Assembly (NCBI GenBank): GCA_965214095.1
Contig: OZ243938.1
Span: forward strand, 1,280,001-1,344,000
Reading direction: 5' to 3'
Source: Candidatus Poribacteria bacterium
GTDB taxonomy: Bacteria > Poribacteria > WGA-4E > WGA-3G
Length of the DNA: 64,000 nucleotides
Shown here: piece by piece, positions 49,862-59,172 of the stretch
How positions within the stretch are numbered: the first letter of the stretch is position 1
How the letters are laid out: each line of letters opens with the position of its first letter
The notes under the pieces: model-generated
What the model saw: only the letters and a program-made list of their open reading frames with translations
What the model was told of the DNA's origin: nothing
Database searches by the model: none
Made by a program: the position numbers and the translations under genes

Positions 49862-51214
49862 CTATGCAATTGGCAATTTTACAGTAAATGTTGTGCCGTG
49901 TCCTTCTTCACTCTCTACCTCTATGATTCCTTGATGTTGTCTGATAATACGGTCAGAAACAGTGAGACCGAGTCCAGTGCCTTTTTCAGTAATTTGTGAT
50001 GTGTAAAATGGTTCAAATATTCTCTCTTTGACAGATTCTGATATACCGACACCCGTATCAATTACTTTTACATAAACACTCGGTTGTGCTAATAGTGGGT
50101 CTAAAGTTAGTTCACCTGTTCCATACGCTAATTTCCCACCATCTGGCATTGCTGTAATTGCATTTAGTGATAGGTTAAGAATGACTTGTTCTAATAGATG
50201 TTTATCGCCGTGTATAGGTGATATTCGGTCTTGAAAGTCTTTCTCAATTTGTATTCCTTTTTCAGATGCACCGTATTCAATGAGTCCTATTGTTTCATTT
50301 ACGACTTCATTGAGATTTATTGCAGAAAGCGAGAGTTCATGTGAACGTGAGAAATCAAGCAATTTGCCGATAGTTGATTCAATTCTGCGAATTGCGTCCT
50401 CCATTAAATCAAGATATTCTTGTGTTTGTTCAATATTATTAGGATTTCGTTGTATACGTAGAATGCAGTTTAACAATCCATCAAGCGGATTGTTAATTTC
50501 ATGGGCGACACCAGCAGCAAGTTCACCGATTGCCGCCATTTTTTCGGAAAAGATGAGTTGCTGCTCCATCCTTTTTCTATCAGCTTCCCGTTCTCTTGCT
50601 GTTTGTGTGATAGTAGTCGCTAAATAAACAGAAAAGAAGAGCGTACTTGTGAAGACAAATAGGACTCCGAATATATAAAACGGGTCTCGGTAGAGTTCCT
50701 CAGGTATAAAATTATTCAAAGGATTGTGTGGAATAATTCCAAAATATTCAAGGCAAATGAGGGAACTCAACAACAACGTGTTGAGTCCAGCTAAAACATA
50801 ACTGACCCGTTTAGACAGGATGATACTTGCAATAATTAGATGAAATATAAAATAGAAGATGAAGGGATTTTCAACACCGCCGCTGAAGTGTATGAGTGCA
50901 GTCAGTGACAGCAGGTCAAGGATAATGTGAATGCAGGCTTGACGTTTTATAGATTTGAGTCGTTGCTGTTCTGGAGCCTTGCGATACATCCGTGGCTCAA
51001 AGTTATAGAGCACCATTAACGCGGCAATGATATAGAGCGGAATCGGACGTTCTATCATGTTCTGTGCTAAATTAGCCACAGGAACGGTGAAAAAAACACC
51101 GGCGATTGCAATCCAACGCAATCGCACCAACCACCCGATCTGTTTGATTAACTCCAGTTTTAACGGCAGTTCATCATCGACTGCTTTTTCCTGGAACAAT
51201 TGTGTCTGTTCCAT
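49862..51214 (-). CDS. Membrane sensor histidine kinase with a RegB-like TM domain
   Basis: LRWIAI and GGVENPF in the TM region; H-box AHEINNPL, N-box NL..NA, DTGVG, IFEPFYT and GTGLGL. Confidence 0.92.
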   Translation of the reverse strand: MEQTQLFQEKAVDDELPLKLELIKQIGWLVRLRWIAIAGVFFTVPVANLAQNMIERPIPLYIIAALMVLYNFEPRMYRKAPEQQRLKSIKRQACIHIILDLLSLTALIHFSGGVENPFIFYFIFHLIIASIILSKRVSYVLAGLNTLLLSSLICLEYFGIIPHNPLNNFIPEELYRDPFYIFGVLFVFTSTLFFSVYLATTITQTAREREADRKRMEQQLIFSEKMAAIGELAAGVAHEINNPLDGLLNCILRIQRNPNNIEQTQEYLDLMEDAIRRIESTIGKLLDFSRSHELSLSAINLNEVVNETIGLIEYGASEKGIQIEKDFQDRISPIHGDKHLLEQVILNLSLNAITAMPDGGKLAYGTGELTLDPLLAQPSVYVKVIDTGVGISESVKERIFEPFYTSQITEKGTGLGLTVSDRIIRQHQGIIEVESEEGHGTTFTVKLPIA

Positions 51215-51228
51215 ATCAGTCGTTCTCT

Positions 51229-51516
51229 CTATTTCATGTAGCGGATTTCGCCAGAGATTTCAATGGTATCAACGATCGCCATGACAACACCATCAACCGG
51301 TTTATTACTGGTAACACTTGTCTGCCGTGCTGAACTTCCTGTTGCAATTAATACGATTTCTCCGATACCAGCACCAACAGCATCTACAGCAACTGTATAT
51401 TTCCGATCTAATTCTCCGTCTAAATTGACATCTTGGACAATCAACAATTTACTACCGACAAGTTTCTCATCTTTCTGTGTAGCAACGACTGTCCCCGTAA
51501 CCTTTCCAAGAATCAT
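51229..51516 (-). CDS. EutN/CcmL-family bacterial microcompartment vertex protein (BMC-P)
   Basis: MILGKV.GTVVAT.K...L.G.KLL.V, VAVD.VGAG.GE.VL...GSSAR and P.D.VV.AIVD. Confidence 0.93.
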   Translation of the reverse strand: MILGKVTGTVVATQKDEKLVGSKLLIVQDVNLDGELDRKYTVAVDAVGAGIGEIVLIATGSSARQTSVTSNKPVDGVVMAIVDTIEISGEIRYMK

Positions 51517-51586
51517 TCAAAAACCTTTATATGATGTATTCGTATATATGTTTTTTCTCATTAACTTTAGGAATCAGCGTGAGAAA

Positions 51587-51635
51587 TTGACTATTTTCTT
51601 CCTTCATGTTAAACTATTTTTGAGTATAAAGTCAA
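51587..51635. promoter_or_regulatory. Overlapping divergent sigma70-type promoters (BMC-P operon and thiO)
   Basis: Plus strand TTGACT-17-TAAACT; minus strand TTGACT-18-TAACAT; the two -10 boxes overlap. Confidence 0.5.
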
Positions 51636-51654
51636 GACTAAATGATGGAGTATT

Positions 51655-52764
51655 TTGTTGAACAATAAAAATGCAGATGTTGTTATAATCGGTGGTGGTA
51701 TAATCGGTTGTGCAATTGCTTATGAACTTTCAAAACAGCAGGTTTCAGTCATCGTAATTGAGAAGGCATCACGCGTTGGTGCAGAAGCTTCTTGGGCGGG
51801 TGCTGGTATACTCACTTCTCACGCCTCCACACACGAACCTTACCCAGAATTGTGTCGTGCAAGTCTTGGAATGTATCCTAATTTAGCATCTGAACTTAAG
51901 GATGAAACCCATATTGACATTGAGTTTATCCGTTCAGGAACACTCTCTGTCTACTTTGATGAGGCTGAAGCATTAGGTTTAGTTGGATTAGCAGAAAGGA
52001 GAGTCAATCGAGGATTTACTGCCGAAGTTTTGACACCAGAGCAGACATGGCATTTAGAACCTGCAGTATCAAAAAGTATTGCAGGGGCAGTGCTGTTCCC
52101 TGAAGATGGACATGTGCGAAATCCAAAAATGGTTACTGCTCTTGCGAAGGGAGCATCTAAAAACGGTGCCAAATTTATCTTAGGTAATGCGGTGACTAGA
52201 TTTGTCCGTCAAGACAGTCAAGTCGTTGGAGTGGTTGTAAACGGTGAGACAATTCATGCTGATAGTCTTGTTATTGCAGCAGGTTGTTGGTCTGGACAAT
52301 TGACATCAATGCTTGATTGTCCAATCACTGTCTCTCCTGCGAAAGGACAGATTGTCCTGTTGGAAACGATGCCACCGATATTTCAACGCACAATAGATGG
52401 ACTTGGTATCTATATTGTACCACGAACTGATGGGAAGATCTTACTGGGTGCAACTGTGGAGCATATAGGCTACGACAAAACACCAACTCTTGATGGTGTG
52501 AAACAGATGATAGATGCGGCAGTTGTGATTGCGCCTGAACTTGCTGAGAGTAAATTTGTGCAAACGTGGACAGGTTTACGTCCATATTACAGAAGTGGTC
52601 CGTGTCTCGGATATCTTCCTGGTCACGATAATGTCGTCTTGGCATCAGGACATTATAAGAACGGTATTTTACTTGCGCCGATTACAGGAAAACTCATTGC
52701 AGAACTTCTAATCACTGGAAAACCGTCATTATCTCTTGATCCTTTTTCACCTAAATATACATAG
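51655..52764 (+). CDS. thiO: Glycine oxidase ThiO (FAD-dependent)
   Basis: IGGGIIG, ASWAGAGIL, P.KGQ, YIVPR.DG, W.GLRP and GHYKNGILLAP.T. Confidence 0.85.
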   Translation: MLNNKNADVVIIGGGIIGCAIAYELSKQQVSVIVIEKASRVGAEASWAGAGILTSHASTHEPYPELCRASLGMYPNLASELKDETHIDIEFIRSGTLSVYFDEAEALGLVGLAERRVNRGFTAEVLTPEQTWHLEPAVSKSIAGAVLFPEDGHVRNPKMVTALAKGASKNGAKFILGNAVTRFVRQDSQVVGVVVNGETIHADSLVIAAGCWSGQLTSMLDCPITVSPAKGQIVLLETMPPIFQRTIDGLGIYIVPRTDGKILLGATVEHIGYDKTPTLDGVKQMIDAAVVIAPELAESKFVQTWTGLRPYYRSGPCLGYLPGHDNVVLASGHYKNGILLAPITGKLIAELLITGKPSLSLDPFSPKYT

Positions 52765-52887
52765 TCAATACAATTAATGTCGTCATGCTAAATAGAAATT
52801 ACATCGTATCAGCGTATCTATACCAATATAATGTGAAATTCAAACTAATTATACTGTGTTATACCTTAAAAGATAGGAGAATAATTT

Positions 52888-53082
52888 ATGCAACCTGAAT
52901 CACTAACAATTTTAACATTGCTGATTGGATTGTTTGGGGTTATATTTTGGATGGTTGTCGGATGGCGCGCAATGCGTGCACACGAAAAACTTGCAGATTC
53001 AATGGAATGGTTTGTCCGACAAGTCTATAGAAAAGAATATGATAATAAGGAACAGGATTTACGCGCTTCACAAGAGGATTAG
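52888..53082 (+). CDS. Small single-TM hypothetical protein
   Basis: AGGAG RBS; one hydrophobic helix followed by GWRAMRAHEKLAD. Confidence 0.65.
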   Translation: MQPESLTILTLLIGLFGVIFWMVVGWRAMRAHEKLADSMEWFVRQVYRKEYDNKEQDLRASQED

Positions 53083-53178
53083 TTCAATCGCTGATTTCTT
53101 TGAATGCTTATATGCAACTATACAATTATTCTTGACATCATAAATTATTGTTGTAATAATGACTTAAGGTATATAATC

Positions 53179-54321
53179 ATGAAAATTACTGCAATCAAAA
53201 CCTTCATAGCAAACTTTGGCAACCGTTCAAGAGGACTCATCAAAGTAGAAACCGATGAGGGAATATATGGATGGGGTGAAGCCTATTCTACCGGACCAGA
53301 TCTCTCTGTTGAACCCATTGCAAACTATATCTTTGAAATGATTCAAGGGGATGATCCGAGACGAATAGAATATATCATGCTAAAACTCCATCAACAGTTC
53401 AGATTTCCTCCCGGTGGTGCAGGTTTAGCTGTCATCTCTGCGATTGACCATGCGCTTTGGGACATCAGTGGGAAAGCTGCAGGGTTACCAGTTTATATGC
53501 TTCTCGGTGGACATGCACGTGACAGAATCCGTGTCTATCGGGGTATTGGTGGAAGAGATGGTATTGAAGCCGCCGATCAAGCCAGAAAACTCAATGAGGA
53601 TTGGGGGTTCACAGCATTCAAAACAAGTCCATATAAACTTAATCCAGATGCGGATCGGTGGGGAAGAGTATGTGATGCGGCAGCTACCTATTTTGAACAA
53701 ATAAGATTGAATACACCTGACGATTGGGAATTCGCGTTTGACCCACATGCAAAAATCTTTGAACCGATACGCGCCCTACAATTGGCAAATGCACTTGCTC
53801 CTTATGACCCATATTTCTATGAAGAACCTATACGTCCCGAGCATATTCCAGCATGGTCGCGCCTTCGTTCACAGATGCAAGTGCCATTGGCAACTGGAGA
53901 ATCCTTATACACTCGGTTTGAATTTCTTGATATAATCGCTGCACAAGGAGCGGACATCATTCAACCTGATATTTGTGTCTGTGGAGGGTTGTTAGAGATG
54001 CGCAAGATAGCCGCGATTGCAGAAGCACATTATGTTAGCATTGCTCCGCACAACCCAATGGGTCCTCTGGCAACAGCAGTGAATGTTCACTTCGCTGCAG
54101 CAACACCAAACTTCAAAATCCTTGAATATCTCTTACCTACAGATAGTGCTTGGAATTCTTGGGTTGACGAACCTTATATGCCAAAGGACGGTTACTTGGA
54201 ATTACGCGATCGTCCTGGACTCGGTGTTGATATCAACGAGGATGCAGTAACAGACAACGAATATGCACATTGGCAAAGAACCTGTCCAATCCGTCCAGAT
54301 GGGTCTACAGGTTACATCTAA
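53179..54321 (+). CDS. Enolase-superfamily dehydratase (mandelate racemase/galactonate dehydratase-like)
   Basis: VETDEG..GWGE, SAID.ALWDI.GK...LPVY.LLGG, D.H, EEP, ATGE, QPD..GG and APHNP. Confidence 0.9.
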   Translation: MKITAIKTFIANFGNRSRGLIKVETDEGIYGWGEAYSTGPDLSVEPIANYIFEMIQGDDPRRIEYIMLKLHQQFRFPPGGAGLAVISAIDHALWDISGKAAGLPVYMLLGGHARDRIRVYRGIGGRDGIEAADQARKLNEDWGFTAFKTSPYKLNPDADRWGRVCDAAATYFEQIRLNTPDDWEFAFDPHAKIFEPIRALQLANALAPYDPYFYEEPIRPEHIPAWSRLRSQMQVPLATGESLYTRFEFLDIIAAQGADIIQPDICVCGGLLEMRKIAAIAEAHYVSIAPHNPMGPLATAVNVHFAAATPNFKILEYLLPTDSAWNSWVDEPYMPKDGYLELRDRPGLGVDINEDAVTDNEYAHWQRTCPIRPDGSTGYI

Positions 54322-54346
54322 AGCCAATTAAGACTATAGCAATAAT

Positions 54347-54388
54347 CAGGACTTACGCATAAATTGTAGGTGCGCTTTGTAAGCGCGC
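54347..54388 (+). repeat. Single GTAG REP hairpin next to a probable MITE end
   Basis: CAGGACTTACGCA followed by GTAG-GTGCGCTT-TGT-AAGCGCGC (54366-54388); no partner end seen nearby. Confidence 0.5.
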
Positions 54389-54411
54389 TGGTAAAACAAG
54401 ATGGAGAAAGT

Positions 54412-55470
54412 ATGAACCCAGTAAAATTAGGCGTTATCGGTTGTGGTGTCATCGGCAGTAGACATCTCAGTATTGCAACGGAAACAGAACATATTGAGTT
54501 AGTTGCTGCTGCGGATATGGTAGAATCTTACAGAGAACGCGCTACAGAACGATTTAATCCACCAAAAATGTATACAAATGATGTTGATTTACTCGACGAT
54601 GAAAACGTTGAAGCAGTCGTACTCGCTTTTCCGACACAATTCCGAACTGAAGTTGCACTACGTGCTTTTGAAAGAGGAAAACATGTTCTGATTGAAAAGC
54701 CAATAGCAATGAATGTAGAGGAAGTCAATCAACTTATCGCTGCCCGTGGTGATTTAGTTTCGGGATGTTGTTCGTCACGTAACCGATTCAACAAAGCAGC
54801 ACGTCTTGCAACGGAATTAATCACATCAGGCGGGTTAGGTGAACTCCGCACAGTGCACTGTCGCGCAAAAAGAGGATGTGGAAAACAACCCGATTCCCCA
54901 CGGCCAGACTGGCGTTTAACGAAATCCCTAAACGGGGGTGGTATCCTTGTCAATTGGGGTTGTTACGATATAGATTTCCTGCTTGGAATTACCGGATGGC
55001 AACTCAAACCGAAAACAGTATTCGCACAAACGTGGACTGTTCCACCGGTCTTTGAATCGCATATCGCACCGGGTTCAGATGCAGAGACACATTATTTAGC
55101 TTTAGTGCATTGTGAAGATGGAACTGCCATTACGCTTGAACGCGGTGAATTCATGGCAGCGACATCACAGTCCGACTGGGAAATAATCGGTTCTGAAGGT
55201 GCATTGAAACTGAATATGGGAGATGGCAATCCAGAGAAGGTTCAGCATAGTCAAACAACAAGAGAAGAAGGAGTTTCTACCAATCCTCTTGCGAATTCAG
55301 ATGACACTGAAGGACCACATTACACAGATCCATTGGCAGACTTTGCTGCAGCTATCAGACAGAACCGACAACCCATAACTGGTTTGGAACAAGCATTGGT
55401 CGTTCAGCAAATTACGGATGCAATATATGCCTCAGCGGAAAGTGGTTCTGCAGTAGAAATAAAAGATTGA
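54412..55470 (+). CDS. Gfo/Idh/MocA family oxidoreductase
   Basis: GVIGCG.IG, GKHVLIEKP and GGG.L..WG.Y.ID; GGAG RBS before ATG 54412. Confidence 0.92.
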   Translation: MNPVKLGVIGCGVIGSRHLSIATETEHIELVAAADMVESYRERATERFNPPKMYTNDVDLLDDENVEAVVLAFPTQFRTEVALRAFERGKHVLIEKPIAMNVEEVNQLIAARGDLVSGCCSSRNRFNKAARLATELITSGGLGELRTVHCRAKRGCGKQPDSPRPDWRLTKSLNGGGILVNWGCYDIDFLLGITGWQLKPKTVFAQTWTVPPVFESHIAPGSDAETHYLALVHCEDGTAITLERGEFMAATSQSDWEIIGSEGALKLNMGDGNPEKVQHSQTTREEGVSTNPLANSDDTEGPHYTDPLADFAAAIRQNRQPITGLEQALVVQQITDAIYASAESGSAVEIKD

Positions 55471-55492
55471 CAGTTCACATTAATTGGAAATA

Positions 55493-57118
55493 TTAAGGGT
55501 GTGGTTCACCTGTTTTCGGTTTCTCTTTAGGTGCGTTTGATTCCTCACCAAAACGGATATGTAGTGATGCACCAGGCGCGTGTTGTTTTCCATAAAGCAA
55601 GTGTTTTAGACCCCAGAAGGCAAACGTTGTACCAAACATCACTACTATTCCCCAAATAGATACTGACATGATCCAGTCGGAGAAAGAGAACACGTTTCCA
55701 GTCTGTTCCCGTACTACATTTGCACCAATTGCCACAACGATTGTACAAATAACAGCATTCAGAGTAATTACACCTTCAGTAATCATTCTACCCGGACTAA
55801 AGTTGACCAATGCACGTTCAAAGTTAATGACTACGACCCACCACAAAAATACAAGATATAACAGTTGTCCCTTTCCCATCCATTCTGATGATATAAATGG
55901 AATCGGATCGCGTAGATTGACTACCAACACTGCAATTAACATGATAGATAGCGCGATATAGAATATCTCAAACCAACCTATCCAGCCGCGGGAATGACGA
56001 AACCAACCGATGACAGGTAGGCCGAACATTCGTTCAGGCAAGGAATCTATGGAATCCACCCAAGTCTGACCTGCTTTACGATAATTCAGATATGTTAATG
56101 CAATCAAGATACAGAATACTGCAAACATTTCAATCCAACGTGGGAAAATTGGTTCAGTCTCTAATAGTGGTGTCCGATTGATTATCAATCCGAACGTAAT
56201 TGCAATACCGATCCCAAACAATAAACCTTGTAATTGCTCCATGACACTGTGCCAGTTTGTCTGAAGTCCTGTCTTGATACCGATAAGTTTCAGTAGTTGT
56301 CCGAAGGAAAATGCAACACCACCCGCGAAACCAGACATCAATGTTACAAAAGCAAGTCCCCCAAGTTTATAGTGCCAGCAAAATACTAACATACCCATAA
56401 CCATACCAACACATCCTGACCAATTATCGCCACGAGGAGGTGTCATACGTAGTTTCAAAACATTCACCAATAGCAGAAATCCAACAAACCATCCGACACC
56501 TAAATAGAGAATTAGCGATGTACCTATATCTATTTTCCCGCGAATGATGACAATCAATAATGCGGCAACGATGGCAACAAGCGCGGCTAACCAATCTGAG
56601 TCATACCAATAGAGTGGACTCTCATGCCGTTGCATACGTTTCGGTGCAAAGATAAGATCCACCACAACTGCTTGAAGCGACCATCCGACAAAAACCGCAC
56701 ACATCGGAACAAATAATATAGGTAATAAAGAACTGGATTGATCCTGGGTAGAATCTACGAGAAATGCAGGTAATGCAGTTCCTGCGCCACCAAGTGCAGC
56801 CCACAAGAAACCTATGACAAACAGATTGGCAAATCCATAAAGTACCGTAGGTGTATGAGACGAATGTGTGTAACCGACTACCATCATATAGGACATACTG
56901 CCACCGAATGACCATCCAATTGCCCCGAACAACGCAAAAAAGTGGATATATCTAAACCAATCTTCACGTCCTGACAAAAGGACGATTGCCATCGCAGCAA
57001 GTGCACCGGGTATGGCAGCACCATATTCATGGCCAAAGTTCCCGCGTATACCCCACCCAACGCAGAACGAAAGACCACACAACAATATCATTTGCCATGG
57101 AATTGATGAAAAATCCAT
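55493..57118 (-). CDS. Polytopic membrane protein of unknown function
   Basis: Many TM segments; GWGIRG.FGHE.GA, FGGSMSY and NWHSVME motifs. Confidence 0.7.
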   Translation of the reverse strand: MDFSSIPWQMILLCGLSFCVGWGIRGNFGHEYGAAIPGALAAMAIVLLSGREDWFRYIHFFALFGAIGWSFGGSMSYMMVVGYTHSSHTPTVLYGFANLFVIGFLWAALGGAGTALPAFLVDSTQDQSSSLLPILFVPMCAVFVGWSLQAVVVDLIFAPKRMQRHESPLYWYDSDWLAALVAIVAALLIVIIRGKIDIGTSLILYLGVGWFVGFLLLVNVLKLRMTPPRGDNWSGCVGMVMGMLVFCWHYKLGGLAFVTLMSGFAGGVAFSFGQLLKLIGIKTGLQTNWHSVMEQLQGLLFGIGIAITFGLIINRTPLLETEPIFPRWIEMFAVFCILIALTYLNYRKAGQTWVDSIDSLPERMFGLPVIGWFRHSRGWIGWFEIFYIALSIMLIAVLVVNLRDPIPFISSEWMGKGQLLYLVFLWWVVVINFERALVNFSPGRMITEGVITLNAVICTIVVAIGANVVREQTGNVFSFSDWIMSVSIWGIVVMFGTTFAFWGLKHLLYGKQHAPGASLHIRFGEESNAPKEKPKTGEPHP

Positions 57119-57297
57119 AATGAGATACTCCTATTTCAAAGTGCCTATAATCATTAGAAGAACTTCAGTTCTTAGATTATGTAGAATTATTATATTGTTG
57201 TCAAGTTTCTATAGTTGACATAGATCCGGAAATTCCTCGTTAATACCTTTAAAAAATGGTATAATGATAACATAGAGAAGCATTGAGAAAAGGTATT

Positions 57298-58635
57298 ATG
57301 AGAACTCTAATTCTATACATAATTCATTCAATTATATTATTGTTTATATTGCATTCTGAAGTGTCGGCTTTGGATTGGCAAGGATTCCTCGGTCCAGAAC
57401 AGAATGGCAAATCACAAGAAAAGATCAATATCACACCTTGGGACAAAACAGGTCCACCAGTACTGTGGACAAAAGAAATTGGCACGAGTTACGGTTCACC
57501 TAATGTAGCAAATGGTAAAGTCTACATATTCACTCGTCACGGAGATATGGCACGTTTATCCTGCTTAGAAAGTCAAACTGGAAACGAACTCTGGCGATTT
57601 GAATATCCAACGGATTATGAGGACATGTATGGATACAATAACGGTCCGCGGAGTTGTCCCATTGTTGACAACGATCGCGTCTATATATTCGGTGCGGAAG
57701 GGATGCTGCACTGTGTCAATGCGAAAAACGGAAAACGTATTTGGAAAGTTGATACCGTCCAGCAGTTCAATGTTGTAGACAACTTTTTCGGTGCTGCTTC
57801 TGCCCCCGCAGTTGAAGGTGATTTACTCATTGTCCAGATCGGTGGTTCACCGCCTGGTACTCCAAAAGATATTTGGGAATCAAAAGGTAAACCTAAACCA
57901 AATGGAAGTGGAATCGTTGCTTTCAACAAGTTCACAAGTGAAGTGATTTACCAGATCGCAGATGAATTGACAAGTTACGCAAGTCCAATCTTTGCTAATA
58001 TCAAAGGGAGACGGTGGGGATTTGCATTCATGCGTGGTGGACTTATTGGATTTGAACCGAAATCTGGGAAGATTGATTTCCACTATCCTTGGCGGGACAA
58101 TCAAGTTGAATCCGTTAACGCATCATCTCCAGTCATTGCTGATGACCTTGTTTTCATCAGTGAGTCTTATGGCATTGGTAGCTCAGTCCTTCAAGTACAA
58201 CCTGGTGGATACAAAGTTGTTTGGAAGGATAGACCAAACTCACGAAACAGAGCAATGGAGATGCATTGGCATACACCTATTCACCATGAAGGTTATATCT
58301 ATGGATGTAGCGGTAGACATTCTGGTGGTGCAGAATTCCGATGTGTAGAACTCAAAACTGGAAAAATCATGTGGCGTAGTCGTGTAAACGAACGCGCATC
58401 ATTACTTTGGATAAATGACTACTTCATCTATCTCGGTGAATATGGACGTTTGATGCTATTGAAATGCACTCCAGATAATCTTGAAGTCATATCTCAATCT
58501 GTGCCAACTGACAAAAATGGAAAGCAGCTGATTAACTATCCTGCATGGGCAGCACCTGTATTAGCTGATGGTCGTCTTTATGTTCGTGGAAAAGATCGAC
58601 TCATCTGTTTTTCATTAGATTCAACACAAAAATAG
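57298..58635 (+). CDS. PQQ-like beta-propeller repeat protein, secreted
   Basis: DW..FLGP, G..LW repeats, GPR..P.V, Y.SP and W..PVLADG.LYVR. Confidence 0.85.
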   Translation: MRTLILYIIHSIILLFILHSEVSALDWQGFLGPEQNGKSQEKINITPWDKTGPPVLWTKEIGTSYGSPNVANGKVYIFTRHGDMARLSCLESQTGNELWRFEYPTDYEDMYGYNNGPRSCPIVDNDRVYIFGAEGMLHCVNAKNGKRIWKVDTVQQFNVVDNFFGAASAPAVEGDLLIVQIGGSPPGTPKDIWESKGKPKPNGSGIVAFNKFTSEVIYQIADELTSYASPIFANIKGRRWGFAFMRGGLIGFEPKSGKIDFHYPWRDNQVESVNASSPVIADDLVFISESYGIGSSVLQVQPGGYKVVWKDRPNSRNRAMEMHWHTPIHHEGYIYGCSGRHSGGAEFRCVELKTGKIMWRSRVNERASLLWINDYFIYLGEYGRLMLLKCTPDNLEVISQSVPTDKNGKQLINYPAWAAPVLADGRLYVRGKDRLICFSLDSTQK

Positions 58636-58812
58636 TCTGATTCAGATTCAGCATGACTGAGTTGATTAGTACGCTGAACTTGTATAATCTACGCACTTCT
58701 TATTCTTTCAATCGGTTACTTCTCTCCAGTAAATCTCATTATATCAACAGATAGGCACAAGATTGAATGGGCCTATCCCAACAGTTGTTAATACAACTAC
58801 CTTTCAGACTAT

Positions 58813-59140
58813 TATAGTGAAATTAAAAATACGTGCACACTCCACGGTAGATGCGGTTTCCTAACCGCATCTATAACACTGAACAAATACCGGTTCGGTT
58901 AGGAAACCGAACCATAGGCGTCAATTTAGTGTAAATTAGGTGTTTTCCCCAGGCCGGTAGGTGCGGTTTCCTAACCGCACGGAACCTGTGCGAGAACCTC
59001 TATGAAGGTATTTGGCACAAAGCCGGTTCGGTTAGGAAACCGAACCTACCGGTACTTGGAAGGATGCTAAATTGACGCTTATGGTTCGGTTAGGAAACCG
59101 AACCTACCGTAGTATGTAAATAATTATGGTTTTTACTATA
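58813..59140. mobile_element. Copy of the 137-bp TATAGT MITE interrupted by a second MITE
   Basis: Removing 58913-59083 and one 20-bp duplicate restores a 137-bp element homologous to 19185-19321. Confidence 0.9.
58913..59083. mobile_element. 171-bp IS4/IS231-like MITE with 17-bp TIRs and a 20-bp target-site duplication, itself containing a REP pair
   Basis: TIRs CATAGGCGTCAATTTAG / CTAAATTGACGCTTATG (1 mismatch); direct repeats GTTCGGTTAGGAAACCGAAC at 58893-58912 and 59084-59103. Confidence 0.85.
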
Positions 59141-59172
59141 ATTATTGCAAATGAATCAATGTAGATTGAAAT

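Noticed and set aside
51517-51654. TPP riboswitch upstream of thiO
   Set aside because: No CTGAGA...ACCTGA...GCGNAGG core; the region is AT-rich divergent promoter DNA.
58636-58812. Unassigned intergenic DNA with a GATAGGC/GCCTATC inverted repeat
   Set aside because: The stem is only 7 bp with a long loop, there is no second copy and no recognisable ORF or RNA motif.
58893-59103. Three direct copies of GTTCGGTTAGGAAACCGAAC resembling a mini CRISPR array
   Set aside because: Spacing is irregular (133 and 58 bp), inverted variants are interleaved and there are no cas genes. Nested MITEs and a target duplication explain it fully.
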